NCBI GenBank assembly: GCA_964428355.1 | Contig: CAYRYU010000026.1 | Location: forward strand, 11,521-75,520 | Direction: 5' to 3' | DNA: 64,000 nucleotides | From: an uncultured bacterium | GTDB lineage: Bacteria > Muiribacteriota > Ozemobacteria > Ozemobacterales > Ozemobacteraceae | Shown here: positions 54,291 to 63,960 of the stretch, in pieces | Layout: each line of letters begins with the position of its first letter | Numbering within the stretch: the first letter of the stretch is position 1 | Position numbers and translations under genes: made by a program | The notes under the pieces: model-generated | Database searches by the model: none | Seen by the model: only the letters and a program-made list of their open reading frames with translations | What the model was told of the DNA's origin: nothing

Positions 54291-55280
54291 CTACCAGATC
54301 GGGTTCTGGTTCACTTCTTCGGTATCCTGGGTTTGCTCGACGGACCCGTTTCCTTTTTCCTCCGCGGAGTCGGAGGTCTTGGTGAGGCCTTTGTTTTCCC
54401 CTTCCTCGACCTTCCCATCGGATATCGGAATGACGGCCAGGTCGGGAAGAGAGTTATCCAGAATCGCTTTTCCCAGTTCTGTCTTGAAATCCGCATCAGA
54501 TTTCATCAGTTCGAAGAACTGGGTCATGATCTCACCCACGCTCCAATCGCTGAATTTCTTGGTAACGCCATCGACAACCTTTGTCGACGCTTTTTTCTCG
54601 AGCATTTCGATAACTCCATCCGCCACATCTTCACCCCTGGCCGCCCCACCCATTTTGGCCAGTAGAGAGATGATGCCGGAAATCATTGCCTTTCCATCGC
54701 CTTTTCCATTGTTAGCCGTTGCCGCTTCGACGATCCCGGCTACATCACCCAAGGCTTCCAACATTTTTCCCACGGTCTCGAGGTTGGGAATCCCCGCCAT
54801 GGCAAGGAAACTCGCTTCAGCCTGGAGGAAATCCCCTACACTTTTGTTCTGTATCGAACTAACCATATACCCCAGGAATTTTATGCCGTTGTTCACTCTG
54901 TCGAGGGGAGGGACGGCCATCAGGAGGATGTCGCCGAAGCTGTTCGCAATCGAGGTCAGAAGGCCATCCTGAGACATGCCCAGAATCCCGGTGAAGATTC
55001 CCGGCAACCCGTTCTTGAGAACCTCCGGATTTGTAAGGGTCTTGACGACCTGTGATTGGGCCTGGTCGGCGAACTGGCAGACCGAATCCTTGATCTTTTC
55101 CAGCTCGACCCCGACATCGAGGTTGTCGGCAACGATCTTTCCGAGTTTGCTGCCCTGGGCTACAGCTTGATCGATAACCCCCGAAATGCCATCCAGAGGG
55201 TTTCCCGCGTTCGCGACCGAGCAGGAAAAGACCAAGGCCAGAAGCAAAAGCCCCCATTTTCGACCCAGGATCCTGACCAT
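54291..55280 (-). CDS. secreted helical hypothetical protein with acidic C-terminal tail
   Basis: Signal peptide MVRILGRKWGLLLLALVFSCSVANA. Low-complexity helical body rich in G/A/V/K/D. By eye it looks less GC-rich than the flanking DNA; this was not computed. Confidence 0.72.
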   Translation of the reverse strand: MVRILGRKWGLLLLALVFSCSVANAGNPLDGISGVIDQAVAQGSKLGKIVADNLDVGVELEKIKDSVCQFADQAQSQVVKTLTNPEVLKNGLPGIFTGILGMSQDGLLTSIANSFGDILLMAVPPLDRVNNGIKFLGYMVSSIQNKSVGDFLQAEASFLAMAGIPNLETVGKMLEALGDVAGIVEAATANNGKGDGKAMISGIISLLAKMGGAARGEDVADGVIEMLEKKASTKVVDGVTKKFSDWSVGEIMTQFFELMKSDADFKTELGKAILDNSLPDLAVIPISDGKVEEGENKGLTKTSDSAEEKGNGSVEQTQDTEEVNQNPIW

Positions 55281-55392
55281 AATATCCCTCCTTTATCGGG
55301 TTTTGACTATTCTACCCTTGCCCTGACGTTTTGGTTTACTGTTTTCTGTTTCCGGCAATTTCGTGGGCCTCTTCCCCGAAGCCTGGAGGAGT

Positions 55393-58300
55393 TCAGCGGG
55401 TTCCTTCCGATTTTCCTGAGTCCTGCTTTTCCTCGAGCGACCGGCGAAGAACGAGAACAGTGCGGTCGTCATCCGGTTCGGAGGGTCCCATATAGGCTGC
55501 GATCCGGCCGAGAACGGCATCGATGAGTTTTTCTACCGGAAGATCCCTCGTTTCGGTCCATGATTCGTCGATGGCCCGGGCCAGGGCGGGAAATCCGAAG
55601 ACCTTTCCCGACGGATTCTTGCACTCAACGAGACCATCGGAGTACAGGAGAATCAGCGATTCGCCGGAGAGAGGGATGTTTACCGAGGCAAACCGGACCC
55701 GCTTGATGATTCCCACCGGGGTGGATTGGGTCTCGATGAAAAGCGCTTTTCCCGATGGAGAGTCGATTCTAAGGGGCGCGCAATGGCCGGCATTGACGAT
55801 GGAAAGCTGGTCCTTTTCGGTGTCGAGGACCCCGAACACCGCGGTCATCATCTTTTTCTTCTGCAACATGTCGAGGAAAAGGCTGTTGAGCTTCGTGAGA
55901 AGCCCCTCGGGATCGTCCTGGAAATCCCGGGCGAGAAGACGGACCCCCACTTTCGCGATCGCGGTCACCAGGCCCGCCGAGATGCCGTGCCCGGCCACAT
56001 CCCCGAATGCGAAAGCCAGCCGATGCTCAGAGAGGGGGAAGAAATCATAGAAATCCCCTCCCACGGCCTGCATCATCCGGTTGGCCCCGGCGATTTCCCA
56101 TCCGTCCTGCTCCAGCCCTCCTTGTGGAAGAATGGCCTGCTGGATCTGTCGGGCGAGCTCCATGTCCCCGAGCCGTTCCAAGGCCTGGTTGAAAGCCACG
56201 CTGAGCTTCCCCAGCTCATCTTCGGCAAGGGAACCCAGACGGATGTCGAACTCCTTCCGTTGAATCGCCCTCATTCCCGCCCGCAGGTTTTCCACGGGTT
56301 GGATGAACCGCCAGTTCAAAAGCAGGATCAGACCGATACCGAAAAGCAGGAACCCCCCTCCCGCGATGGAAAGCTTGAGGCGCAAGGACCTGAGCGGCTC
56401 GAAAACGATATCGAGAGGGGCCCTGGCAACCAGGATATAGAGGAGGAGTTTCCCGCACCGTCGGGCGGCAACAAGTTCCCTTCCGTTCTCTCCGGTTGAC
56501 AGGAACGAGACTTCGGAGGTCCCACCCCCGAGCCTCCGGAAGACCGGAAGGAACTTGCGGTAATCGAGCATCCCTGGGTGGCATTCGAGGTAGGGAAACA
56601 GCGAGACCGCATGGAACTTCACCGGTTCGGGAAAACCCCCGTTTCGCGCCGCGATCGGCGAAAGAAACTCGGATTGGATGTATCTTGCGAAGTGCGAGGA
56701 AAAGAGGAAGTAGTCCTTCCTCCCTGTCGCATTCGAGAGAAGGTCGACGAATATGAAGTCTTCACGGTTGAGAGCCCCGAACCGCATGAAAGAACCCCTC
56801 GAGAGGTTGAATGTGCGGAGACCGAAATCGAAATCCTCCAGGAAGCTGTCCACGATCAGACTTCCCGCAGAAGCGGGTGAGGGGGGCATATTCTGTCCCC
56901 CTCCTGAATCACCCGCTGAGTCGAACATCGAACGGGCGATCCCACGGAAGAACTTCCTGTTGCTGTTATCAAGGTCCTCGCTCCCCGGCGACCTTGCTGT
57001 GTCGCTCACATCCTTCTTCGACCATGGTCCGGAGGAGTTCAGTGTTCCGCGGAGGCTTTCGACCCAGGGGGCGGACATTGCCTTGCCGTCACCTATCGCT
57101 CCCGCCTGGGGAATCCGGTCGACCATGGCCTCAACCCAATCTCTTCTGAAGGTGAGGCTTTTTTGGCCGAACCATTTGAAGAATGCTTCGTCCGAATTGA
57201 AAAACTGCCCCCCGGAAATGATTTCACTGGTAGAGGAAATCAGGAGGGAATAGTTGCATCCGATCGTTTCGGGAAGACTTGCCATCCTCTCCCGCAAGAG
57301 GGCCGGGTTACCGGCAAGATCCCGCCAGGCATTCTCCAGACCGCGGTAGAATAGAACCTTCTTAAGAAGATGGGTTTCGAAATCGTTGTCGATTGCAGCC
57401 AGGGAATCGAGCATCTTCTGCCCAAACCGCTTGGAAAGCACGCCTTCCTCCTCGTATTGGAAGGAAATCCCCCAGAAGAACGTGAACAATGCGGGGACCC
57501 CGAAAACCAGAACCAGGAAGAACGCCATCTTCCACCTCAAAGGGAAGGGAAGACTCCAACCTTCACGAGCGACTTTCCAGAGGAAGGACAGGAAGGCCAG
57601 GCTGACGACGAGGTACACTGCGAAAATCAGGGCGACCCATACCCGGGGAGCCTCAGGAGAAGGAGAAAGGCCGAGAAGGAAATCCCCGCCTTCAAGGCTC
57701 CGGACGACAACCTGGAAACCCTGGTGGAAGAAACGGTTCCCCGGCTCGCTCTCGAGCCTGGAAAGCAGTGCGGGCAGCGAATCCCGGGAGAAACCGGAGG
57801 GGAGCTTCCCATGCGGAGCTCCCTGAAACCGCGCTACGAAATGGAGATCCCCCGCCTGCGAAAACCGGTTAATCGCCTGGCTTAGGAGAAACCTGGCAAG
57901 AAGGGGCTCCCGTTTGATCATCACCAGAATCCCCGCAATCTCCTCCGGTCTTCTTCCGGCCTCGAACCTGACGTATGCCCCAAGACAGGGATCGCTGTCG
58001 GGAAGAATGTGAACGCGGCGGTGGAAACCCTTCAGGAAGGCGATCTTCTTCCGGATTCCCGGAATCGACGTCTCGAGTTTCCCGATTTGGGAATCGGAAA
58101 GTCGGGTTTCCTGATCGAACGGTTTGCACAATTCCTGAAACAGGACTTCCAAAGCATCGTTTCGGGCTGATGGGAGAATCGCCTTCCCTGCCCCGTTGAA
58201 GACACAGACATCGAAGATACCAGCAGGAAAAGACCCGAGGCGGGTTCGAAGGCCGAGATCGACCATCTCTGGTTGTGCGGGTTTGCCCAGAAGCGCTTCA

Positions 58301-58551
58301 TCGAAAAGTCCCCGGTCCAGGAGCGGGGTGAGAGCCTCCTGGATATCCTGCCCCTGGTCGATCATGGAGAGACCGTCCTCGATTTTCAGGAAGCCGCTCT
58401 CCACGCTGCTCTCCATGCTCCTTTGCATCAGGAATCCTGCCCCGGTCCAGAAGAAGAACGCGGGACTTCCCCAGAGGGCAACTGCAAGCAGCAACCATCT
58501 CCGGAAAAAGAAGGTCTGTGTACTGGGAGACCTGGCACCAGCCGGACTCAT
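55393..58551 (-). CDS. large membrane sensor phosphatase, HAMP + canonical PP2C/SpoIIE domain
   Basis: 1052 aa. HAMP domain (IQPVENLRAGMRAIQRKEFDIRLGSLAEDELGKLSVAFNQA). SpoIIE motifs GGDFYD, FGDVAGHGISAGL, YSDGLVE and DDDRTVLVLRR. The ATGA overlaps the upstream gene. Confidence 0.9.
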   Translation of the reverse strand: MSPAGARSPSTQTFFFRRWLLLAVALWGSPAFFFWTGAGFLMQRSMESSVESGFLKIEDGLSMIDQGQDIQEALTPLLDRGLFDEALLGKPAQPEMVDLGLRTRLGSFPAGIFDVCVFNGAGKAILPSARNDALEVLFQELCKPFDQETRLSDSQIGKLETSIPGIRKKIAFLKGFHRRVHILPDSDPCLGAYVRFEAGRRPEEIAGILVMIKREPLLARFLLSQAINRFSQAGDLHFVARFQGAPHGKLPSGFSRDSLPALLSRLESEPGNRFFHQGFQVVVRSLEGGDFLLGLSPSPEAPRVWVALIFAVYLVVSLAFLSFLWKVAREGWSLPFPLRWKMAFFLVLVFGVPALFTFFWGISFQYEEEGVLSKRFGQKMLDSLAAIDNDFETHLLKKVLFYRGLENAWRDLAGNPALLRERMASLPETIGCNYSLLISSTSEIISGGQFFNSDEAFFKWFGQKSLTFRRDWVEAMVDRIPQAGAIGDGKAMSAPWVESLRGTLNSSGPWSKKDVSDTARSPGSEDLDNSNRKFFRGIARSMFDSAGDSGGGQNMPPSPASAGSLIVDSFLEDFDFGLRTFNLSRGSFMRFGALNREDFIFVDLLSNATGRKDYFLFSSHFARYIQSEFLSPIAARNGGFPEPVKFHAVSLFPYLECHPGMLDYRKFLPVFRRLGGGTSEVSFLSTGENGRELVAARRCGKLLLYILVARAPLDIVFEPLRSLRLKLSIAGGGFLLFGIGLILLLNWRFIQPVENLRAGMRAIQRKEFDIRLGSLAEDELGKLSVAFNQALERLGDMELARQIQQAILPQGGLEQDGWEIAGANRMMQAVGGDFYDFFPLSEHRLAFAFGDVAGHGISAGLVTAIAKVGVRLLARDFQDDPEGLLTKLNSLFLDMLQKKKMMTAVFGVLDTEKDQLSIVNAGHCAPLRIDSPSGKALFIETQSTPVGIIKRVRFASVNIPLSGESLILLYSDGLVECKNPSGKVFGFPALARAIDESWTETRDLPVEKLIDAVLGRIAAYMGPSEPDDDRTVLVLRRSLEEKQDSGKSEGTR

Positions 58552-61550
58552 AGCGGATCACCACCTCCTCCCGGGGTGGCAGTGCCTCGGTCAGATTCCC
58601 GATCGATGCAGAGAATGACCTGTTCCCCTATACCGTGGTTCCCGGAAAGCCCCCGATCGGCTTCCTGGAAGATTTCCTCTCCGACTTGATCCAGGGGGGT
58701 CTTCCCAAGCCTTTCCAACAAGTCCCAGAAACGACCTCGAGGAGACCGAGGATCGGGTGCGAAAAATTCCGAATGGAGCCCGGGGGTTCCGATCAGGATC
58801 CGCCCTCCCTTGGGGAAGCCCATCCGGAACTCCTTGCCGGGCTCCTCCGAAGGCGCGGGGGAAGCGCCCAGGTCGAGCAGCTCAGGACTCGTTCCCCCGC
58901 AAAGGCATGCCAGGAGCCAGTTCCCAACCGCATGGAAACGGACTCCCACCAGGTCCGGATCCCAGATTCCAAGCAGGAGGGCCACTTCGTGCCCCTGCCG
59001 ACCTTGGGTGGCAGGATTCCCTGGGGGCTCTTGCCCCGGCTCCTCCCGGGGGCGGAAATCCTTGGGGCCCTGCCCGAGATCAAGGCGGAGGAAATCCATT
59101 CCCCGACGAAGGATTTCCCCGGGTGGCAGCCCCGGACAACGCTCGAACAGAAGCCGGAACGTCGTCATGTACATCGCCAGAAGAAGGCCTCGGAGTATTC
59201 CGGAGTGTCGGATCTCACCGGCAAGAAAGCCGATTCCCCCTCCTGGAATCGGGACCACCATGAAAAAGCTTCCCGCGATCGGTTCGACGCCGCGATGGAA
59301 CCCGCGTGCGCGGAACTGCCCGACGGAAATGACCCTTCCCGGAAGGAGTTCCTTCTGGACTGCTGATGCGGCCTGAATCTCCTCGAGGTCGGCCAGGACC
59401 CCGTTCAACCCTCCCGCAACTTCTTCGAGTTCATCCCCTGACCGAAAGCTGATCCGGTCCTTCAGGCGAAGGCATGTCAGGCTTTCCAGGCCTGCAGACA
59501 AGTTTTGCAGCGGGTCCAGAAGGCTCTGGGAAAAGATGAGCCCGAGGGCAATCATGAAAACCATTGTCAGGATGGAAAGGAACCGGAAACGCCTTTCCAG
59601 GTCCGAAAGCTCGCTTTCATGCACGGAGAAAGGCGTGAAGAGGAAAAGATGGAAATCCAAAAGCCTGGTTCCCGGGGCCACTGTTGCGAGGACCGATCTG
59701 CCCTTGAGGGTTCCGATCAACGATCTTGGGGAACCTGTCTGTCTTGTCTGCTCCAGGAGCTCACTGAAAAGTGCGTTTTCACCAGCCCTTCCGGGGATGT
59801 TGCCCAAAGGCGAGGAGCGGCTCTTTGGCGCGGCTCCCAGCCGGAACGGCGAGTTCCGTGCGAGACGGCGCCTCGCTCTTTTCAGGAAATCCGCCTCGAG
59901 CATGATCGAGTCGAATGTCAGGAAAAGCACGCCACGGGGGGTGCCGGATCGTGTCCTGATGAAATCCACGAACACCAGACCGGGATGGTTGAGAAAGTTG
60001 TAGGTTCCGATCCGTCCCATCATCCTGAAAAACGTCTCCAGGACGAAAGGCGCGGAAAGAAGGGCATCCGTCATCGGATTGGACGGAGGGATTCCTTCCA
60101 GTCCTTTGAAGTGATAAGCCAGGAGATTGGAGCCGAGAGATTGGAATACGTTCTTGAAGTATTTTCTGGGAATCGAGCCCGAAGACTCTTTCTCGTGAAA
60201 GACCGCATCCCAGAGATCCTTGCCTTCTCCAGCGAGACAGGCGATGTAGAACTCCTCATGCTCGAGCCCGGAGCGGAACACCTTCAGATAGTCCGGATCG
60301 GATGACCCCATGGCCTGTTTCATACTTCGCCGGAGTTCCTCCTCCCTCGGTTTCAGGGAAGGGAGGAACTGGTCGTCCACCTTCTGGAGTATCTGGAGCG
60401 CCCTTTCATGGCACTGTCGGACGATGGCATCCCGGCGCGAGTCCACGTAGGAGGTCCCAAATGCGAAAAGCCCTGCGCAGCTGACCCCTCCGGCAAGGAG
60501 AAAGATCCCCATCAGTTGCGAACGGATGGGAAGGCGCAAAGGTTTTCCCCATCGCCATCTTGCCAACAAGCCCAATACCAGGAGAAGGCCGGAAAAGGCC
60601 ACCAATGTCCTCGGGAGGTAATCGCCCGGCCGACGGTCTCTCACCGGACGGAATCCAAAGATCCTCAATCGCGAGGGGAGGTCGAAGAAGCGGACCCAAC
60701 ATCCGTCCACCCGGTTCTCCTCACCTGAATGCACCTCTCCCAGCCATTTCTTCATGGAGGGCGTGATTCCCGAGGGAAATTTCCCATGGAGAATCCCCGG
60801 GTTTTCCAGGTCCACCCATCCGAGCCGGATCTCCTTGTCGACCAGCTTTTGCTGCCGGACGACCGACTCGTTCGTGAACAGATCGCGTGGAAGAAGATTC
60901 AGGTCCAATAGGAAGATCATATCCCCGGCTGGTAGGGCTTTCGCCCTTTCCCCTCTTCCGAGCTTTTGGGGCGGCAGTGGAAACCACCCGCCCAGTCCCA
61001 AAAGGCCCAGTTCGGCAAAATCGAGGACCCTGCCGGGGGATTTCGCCATGAAAAGCACCTTCTCGGAACTTCCGCAAAAGGATTTCAGGAACGAATCCTC
61101 TCCAGGGCCAAACGGTTTGTCCAGGTTTTCCCTGCGCTGTTTCAACAGGCGCATAAACCGTTCCGAAGCGAGCTTGCGGGTGGTGGGGATTCCGTCAAGT
61201 TCCAGCCGGTTTCCGGCCGGGCCGAAAAAATAGACGCTGAGGCATCCCTGGGGAAGGAGGCGGAACAAGGCTGGAAGTCTCCCGCCCCATTTCCAGCGGC
61301 TTATCAGCTGCCTGGCGAAGTCTTCACAACGGGAGTCGGCCCGGGATTTCCGAGATGTGGCGGAAACCACCACCTCGAGTTCTTTTTTTTGCGATTCCTC
61401 TCTGGTCTGATGGCTCTTCGCTTCCAGTTCCCCGAGGACGTGGAGAAAGCCTAGGAACGGGAAAACGACGAGCACCAGGAGCAGAAAAGCGGGAAGCAGA
61501 CCCACCTGGGTTTCGAGAACCCTTTCCTTCACATCACAATGGTAAGCCAC
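58548..61550 (-). CDS. large membrane sensor protein, HAMP + degenerate PP2C/SpoIIE-like domain (predicted pseudophosphatase)
   Basis: 1000 aa. HAMP-like segment (LLDPLQNLSAGLESLTCLRLKDRISFRSGDELEEVAGGLNGV). The C-terminal domain aligns to SpoIIE but carries AGSFFMV for GGDFYD, LAGEIRHSGILRG for GDVxGHG, IGTPGLHSE for SDGLxE, and EQVILCIDRE for DDxTxLxLRR. Confidence 0.85.
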   Translation of the reverse strand: MAYHCDVKERVLETQVGLLPAFLLLVLVVFPFLGFLHVLGELEAKSHQTREESQKKELEVVVSATSRKSRADSRCEDFARQLISRWKWGGRLPALFRLLPQGCLSVYFFGPAGNRLELDGIPTTRKLASERFMRLLKQRRENLDKPFGPGEDSFLKSFCGSSEKVLFMAKSPGRVLDFAELGLLGLGGWFPLPPQKLGRGERAKALPAGDMIFLLDLNLLPRDLFTNESVVRQQKLVDKEIRLGWVDLENPGILHGKFPSGITPSMKKWLGEVHSGEENRVDGCWVRFFDLPSRLRIFGFRPVRDRRPGDYLPRTLVAFSGLLLVLGLLARWRWGKPLRLPIRSQLMGIFLLAGGVSCAGLFAFGTSYVDSRRDAIVRQCHERALQILQKVDDQFLPSLKPREEELRRSMKQAMGSSDPDYLKVFRSGLEHEEFYIACLAGEGKDLWDAVFHEKESSGSIPRKYFKNVFQSLGSNLLAYHFKGLEGIPPSNPMTDALLSAPFVLETFFRMMGRIGTYNFLNHPGLVFVDFIRTRSGTPRGVLFLTFDSIMLEADFLKRARRRLARNSPFRLGAAPKSRSSPLGNIPGRAGENALFSELLEQTRQTGSPRSLIGTLKGRSVLATVAPGTRLLDFHLFLFTPFSVHESELSDLERRFRFLSILTMVFMIALGLIFSQSLLDPLQNLSAGLESLTCLRLKDRISFRSGDELEEVAGGLNGVLADLEEIQAASAVQKELLPGRVISVGQFRARGFHRGVEPIAGSFFMVVPIPGGGIGFLAGEIRHSGILRGLLLAMYMTTFRLLFERCPGLPPGEILRRGMDFLRLDLGQGPKDFRPREEPGQEPPGNPATQGRQGHEVALLLGIWDPDLVGVRFHAVGNWLLACLCGGTSPELLDLGASPAPSEEPGKEFRMGFPKGGRILIGTPGLHSEFFAPDPRSPRGRFWDLLERLGKTPLDQVGEEIFQEADRGLSGNHGIGEQVILCIDRESDRGTATPGGGGDPL

Positions 61551-61907
61551 CCCCCGGAGAATGGCAAGGAAGCTGAAGAATCAGGCAGACGATAACCGCC
61601 CCCGCCATGGAATACGGGTTCCTCCTTCCGCGGGAATTTTGAAAAGAGTTTCCGCATGCCCTGACCGGGATTATTGACAAAACCCGGGGTTTGTTCCAGA
61701 TTGGAAAACAGGAGGAACTCATCGCCAGGACAGGAAAAGCATCTGGCGAGTGCCCCGAAGGAACGAGAAGATCCAGGGGAATCATCTGCGTAACGCTCAG
61801 GACCATGTGGGCGCGTCCGTTTGCGCTTTCCCGACTTCCGGTAACCGGCGGGCCAGGAAAGCTGAAATCCCGGATCCATCAAGAGGATTTTTCAAGGAGG
61901 TCGGCCA

Positions 61908-63890
61908 TTGAACCCAAGTTTGAGATCCTGGAGGTTTTTTGTCCTGTGCGGCCTGATCCTGACCATTTCCCTTGCCGCATCACCTGCCCGGGCCATTACG
62001 ATCCAAAACCATTCAGGCCAGGTGATCAACGTCCGGGCGTATTACGTCAGGGGCGGACTGTTCGGAATGACGATCACACAAGCAGGAAAGATCGTCCATA
62101 TCGACCATGGACAGGTCGTTACCTACGACCGCCCGCCAATGGCTTTCGGTGCCGACCGGGAAATCGTCATCTCCAACGATCCCGTGATCCTGGCCGATAC
62201 TCTGACCCAGAAGCGGTATGACGCGACCCCGCATTTCAACATCGGTGTCACGCAGGGCGAAGCGTTCCACGTCGGCATGGAAAACGGAGCGTTCAAGGGA
62301 TACAACGCGGCCCAATGGGCGGTTCTCGCGACAACGCGGGCCGCTATCGGCTCGATCGAGGATGCATTCCAGAAAAAGGTCGATGAGGCACTCGCCCCCC
62401 TCCGAAAAGCGGTCGAAACCATTTTCAAAACACATCCCTACGCGAACCGGACCGCCACTGTCCGCGTGGGAACAGCCCTTTGCCGGGAAGAGATGGAGTT
62501 CCGTACGAACCGGAAACGACGGATCCGCCCTGAACTGGAAAAGAAGTTCGGCCTGAAGATTTCCGATTCCCAAGTTCCCGTGATCGGGCTGGTGGTGAGC
62601 GGTGGGGGATACCGGGCGATGATCGGCTGCTGCGGCTTTCTGATGGGCGCTGATGAAACCGGGATTCTCGACGTCACCATGTATCTCGCGACCCTCTCCG
62701 GGTCGACCTGGGCCGTGGGTCCGTGGCTCATGGGAAAGGACGACATCGGCCGTTTCCGGATGAACCTCGCCGCAAAGGTGGAGCAGGACCTGTTCTCTCC
62801 CACCATCACGAAAAGTGAGGCGGAGTCCATCATCCTCAACCTGATGCTCAAGGACAAGATGGGCCAGCCGATCACGGGCATAGACCTGTATGGAAGCCTC
62901 CTGGCGCGCAAACTTCTTTCCGACCTTGGAGACAGCCGCCAGTTCGACGGTCTTTCGTTGATGATTCCGCGGATCAGCCGGGCGGAAGATCCGTTCCCCA
63001 TCTTCACCGCGGTGTCGAACAACATCTCTCCCGATTCGAACTACGCATGGTTCGAGTTCACTCCTTATGAGGTGGGAAGCGACTTTCTCAAGGCGTTCGT
63101 TCCATCCTGGGCGTGGAACCGCCCCTTTTCCAATGGAACCTCCCAGATGAACTGCCCCGAACCCGGCCTCGGTTTCGGAATGGGAATCTTCGGGTCGGCT
63201 TTTGCCCTCCGTGTCCAGGATATCGTCGACAGGATCTTTCCCCAGAGTTCAAAGGAAGGGATGCTGCTGAAGGCGCTCGTCACTCCGATCCTCCAGAAAT
63301 ATGGTCTTTCGGAGGAAGGCGTTCGCAAGACCGCGATCATCCCTGGCGGTCAGGTCCTCAACTGGGCGCTCGGTCTTTCGCAGACCCCCAATTCGGCAAG
63401 GAAACAACCGATTATCGAGATGGCGGATGCCGGAATGCAGGCGTGTCTTCCGTTCTACCCGCTTCTGCGGCCTGAACGGACCCCGGACATCCTGATCGCC
63501 CTGGACATGGGGGATGAAGCTCCCGATGCCGCTCCCGCACTGAGGGCTGCCGAGAAATACCTCAATCAGAGGGGCATCCCCTTCCCCAAAATCGATTACA
63601 GCCAGCTTGGCCACGATAATCTCAACATTTTCGGGGATCCGAAGAAGCGGAATGTGCCCGTGGTGCTTTACATCCCGAACATGAAGAACACCGCCCTCCA
63701 GCCCCCCTTCAACAACTTCGATCCCCACAGCCCCGCGGTCGGCGGTCTCACCGGATATGCCAGCGTCGCCAACTTCCGGTACTCGAGGGACCACTTCCTG
63801 CAGTGGAGCGAATTCGTCCGTGCCAACACCGCCAACCTGGCCCCCCGGATCCTTGAGGTGATCAAAGAAAGAACCCTGGCGAAAAAGTAG
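61908..63890 (+). CDS. secreted cytosolic-phospholipase-A2-type (PLA2_B / lysophospholipase catalytic domain) lipase
   Basis: TTG start 7 nt after AAGGAGG. Signal peptide MNPSLRSWRFFVLCGLILTISLAASPARA. An N-terminal domain of about 190 aa, then the cPLA2 blocks VIGLVVSGGGYRAMIGCCGF (oxyanion GGGxR), LATLSGSTWAVG (GxSGS nucleophile) and EMADAGMQACLPFYPLLRPERTPDILIALD (catalytic Asp in DAG). Confidence 0.85.
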   Translation: MNPSLRSWRFFVLCGLILTISLAASPARAITIQNHSGQVINVRAYYVRGGLFGMTITQAGKIVHIDHGQVVTYDRPPMAFGADREIVISNDPVILADTLTQKRYDATPHFNIGVTQGEAFHVGMENGAFKGYNAAQWAVLATTRAAIGSIEDAFQKKVDEALAPLRKAVETIFKTHPYANRTATVRVGTALCREEMEFRTNRKRRIRPELEKKFGLKISDSQVPVIGLVVSGGGYRAMIGCCGFLMGADETGILDVTMYLATLSGSTWAVGPWLMGKDDIGRFRMNLAAKVEQDLFSPTITKSEAESIILNLMLKDKMGQPITGIDLYGSLLARKLLSDLGDSRQFDGLSLMIPRISRAEDPFPIFTAVSNNISPDSNYAWFEFTPYEVGSDFLKAFVPSWAWNRPFSNGTSQMNCPEPGLGFGMGIFGSAFALRVQDIVDRIFPQSSKEGMLLKALVTPILQKYGLSEEGVRKTAIIPGGQVLNWALGLSQTPNSARKQPIIEMADAGMQACLPFYPLLRPERTPDILIALDMGDEAPDAAPALRAAEKYLNQRGIPFPKIDYSQLGHDNLNIFGDPKKRNVPVVLYIPNMKNTALQPPFNNFDPHSPAVGGLTGYASVANFRYSRDHFLQWSEFVRANTANLAPRILEVIKERTLAKK

Positions 63891-63960
63891 GCGTCCCGCA
63901 TCCGGTTGCCCTGACGCGATATCGGAAAATCAGGGAGCGGTAAGGCAGTCCCGGAAGCAC

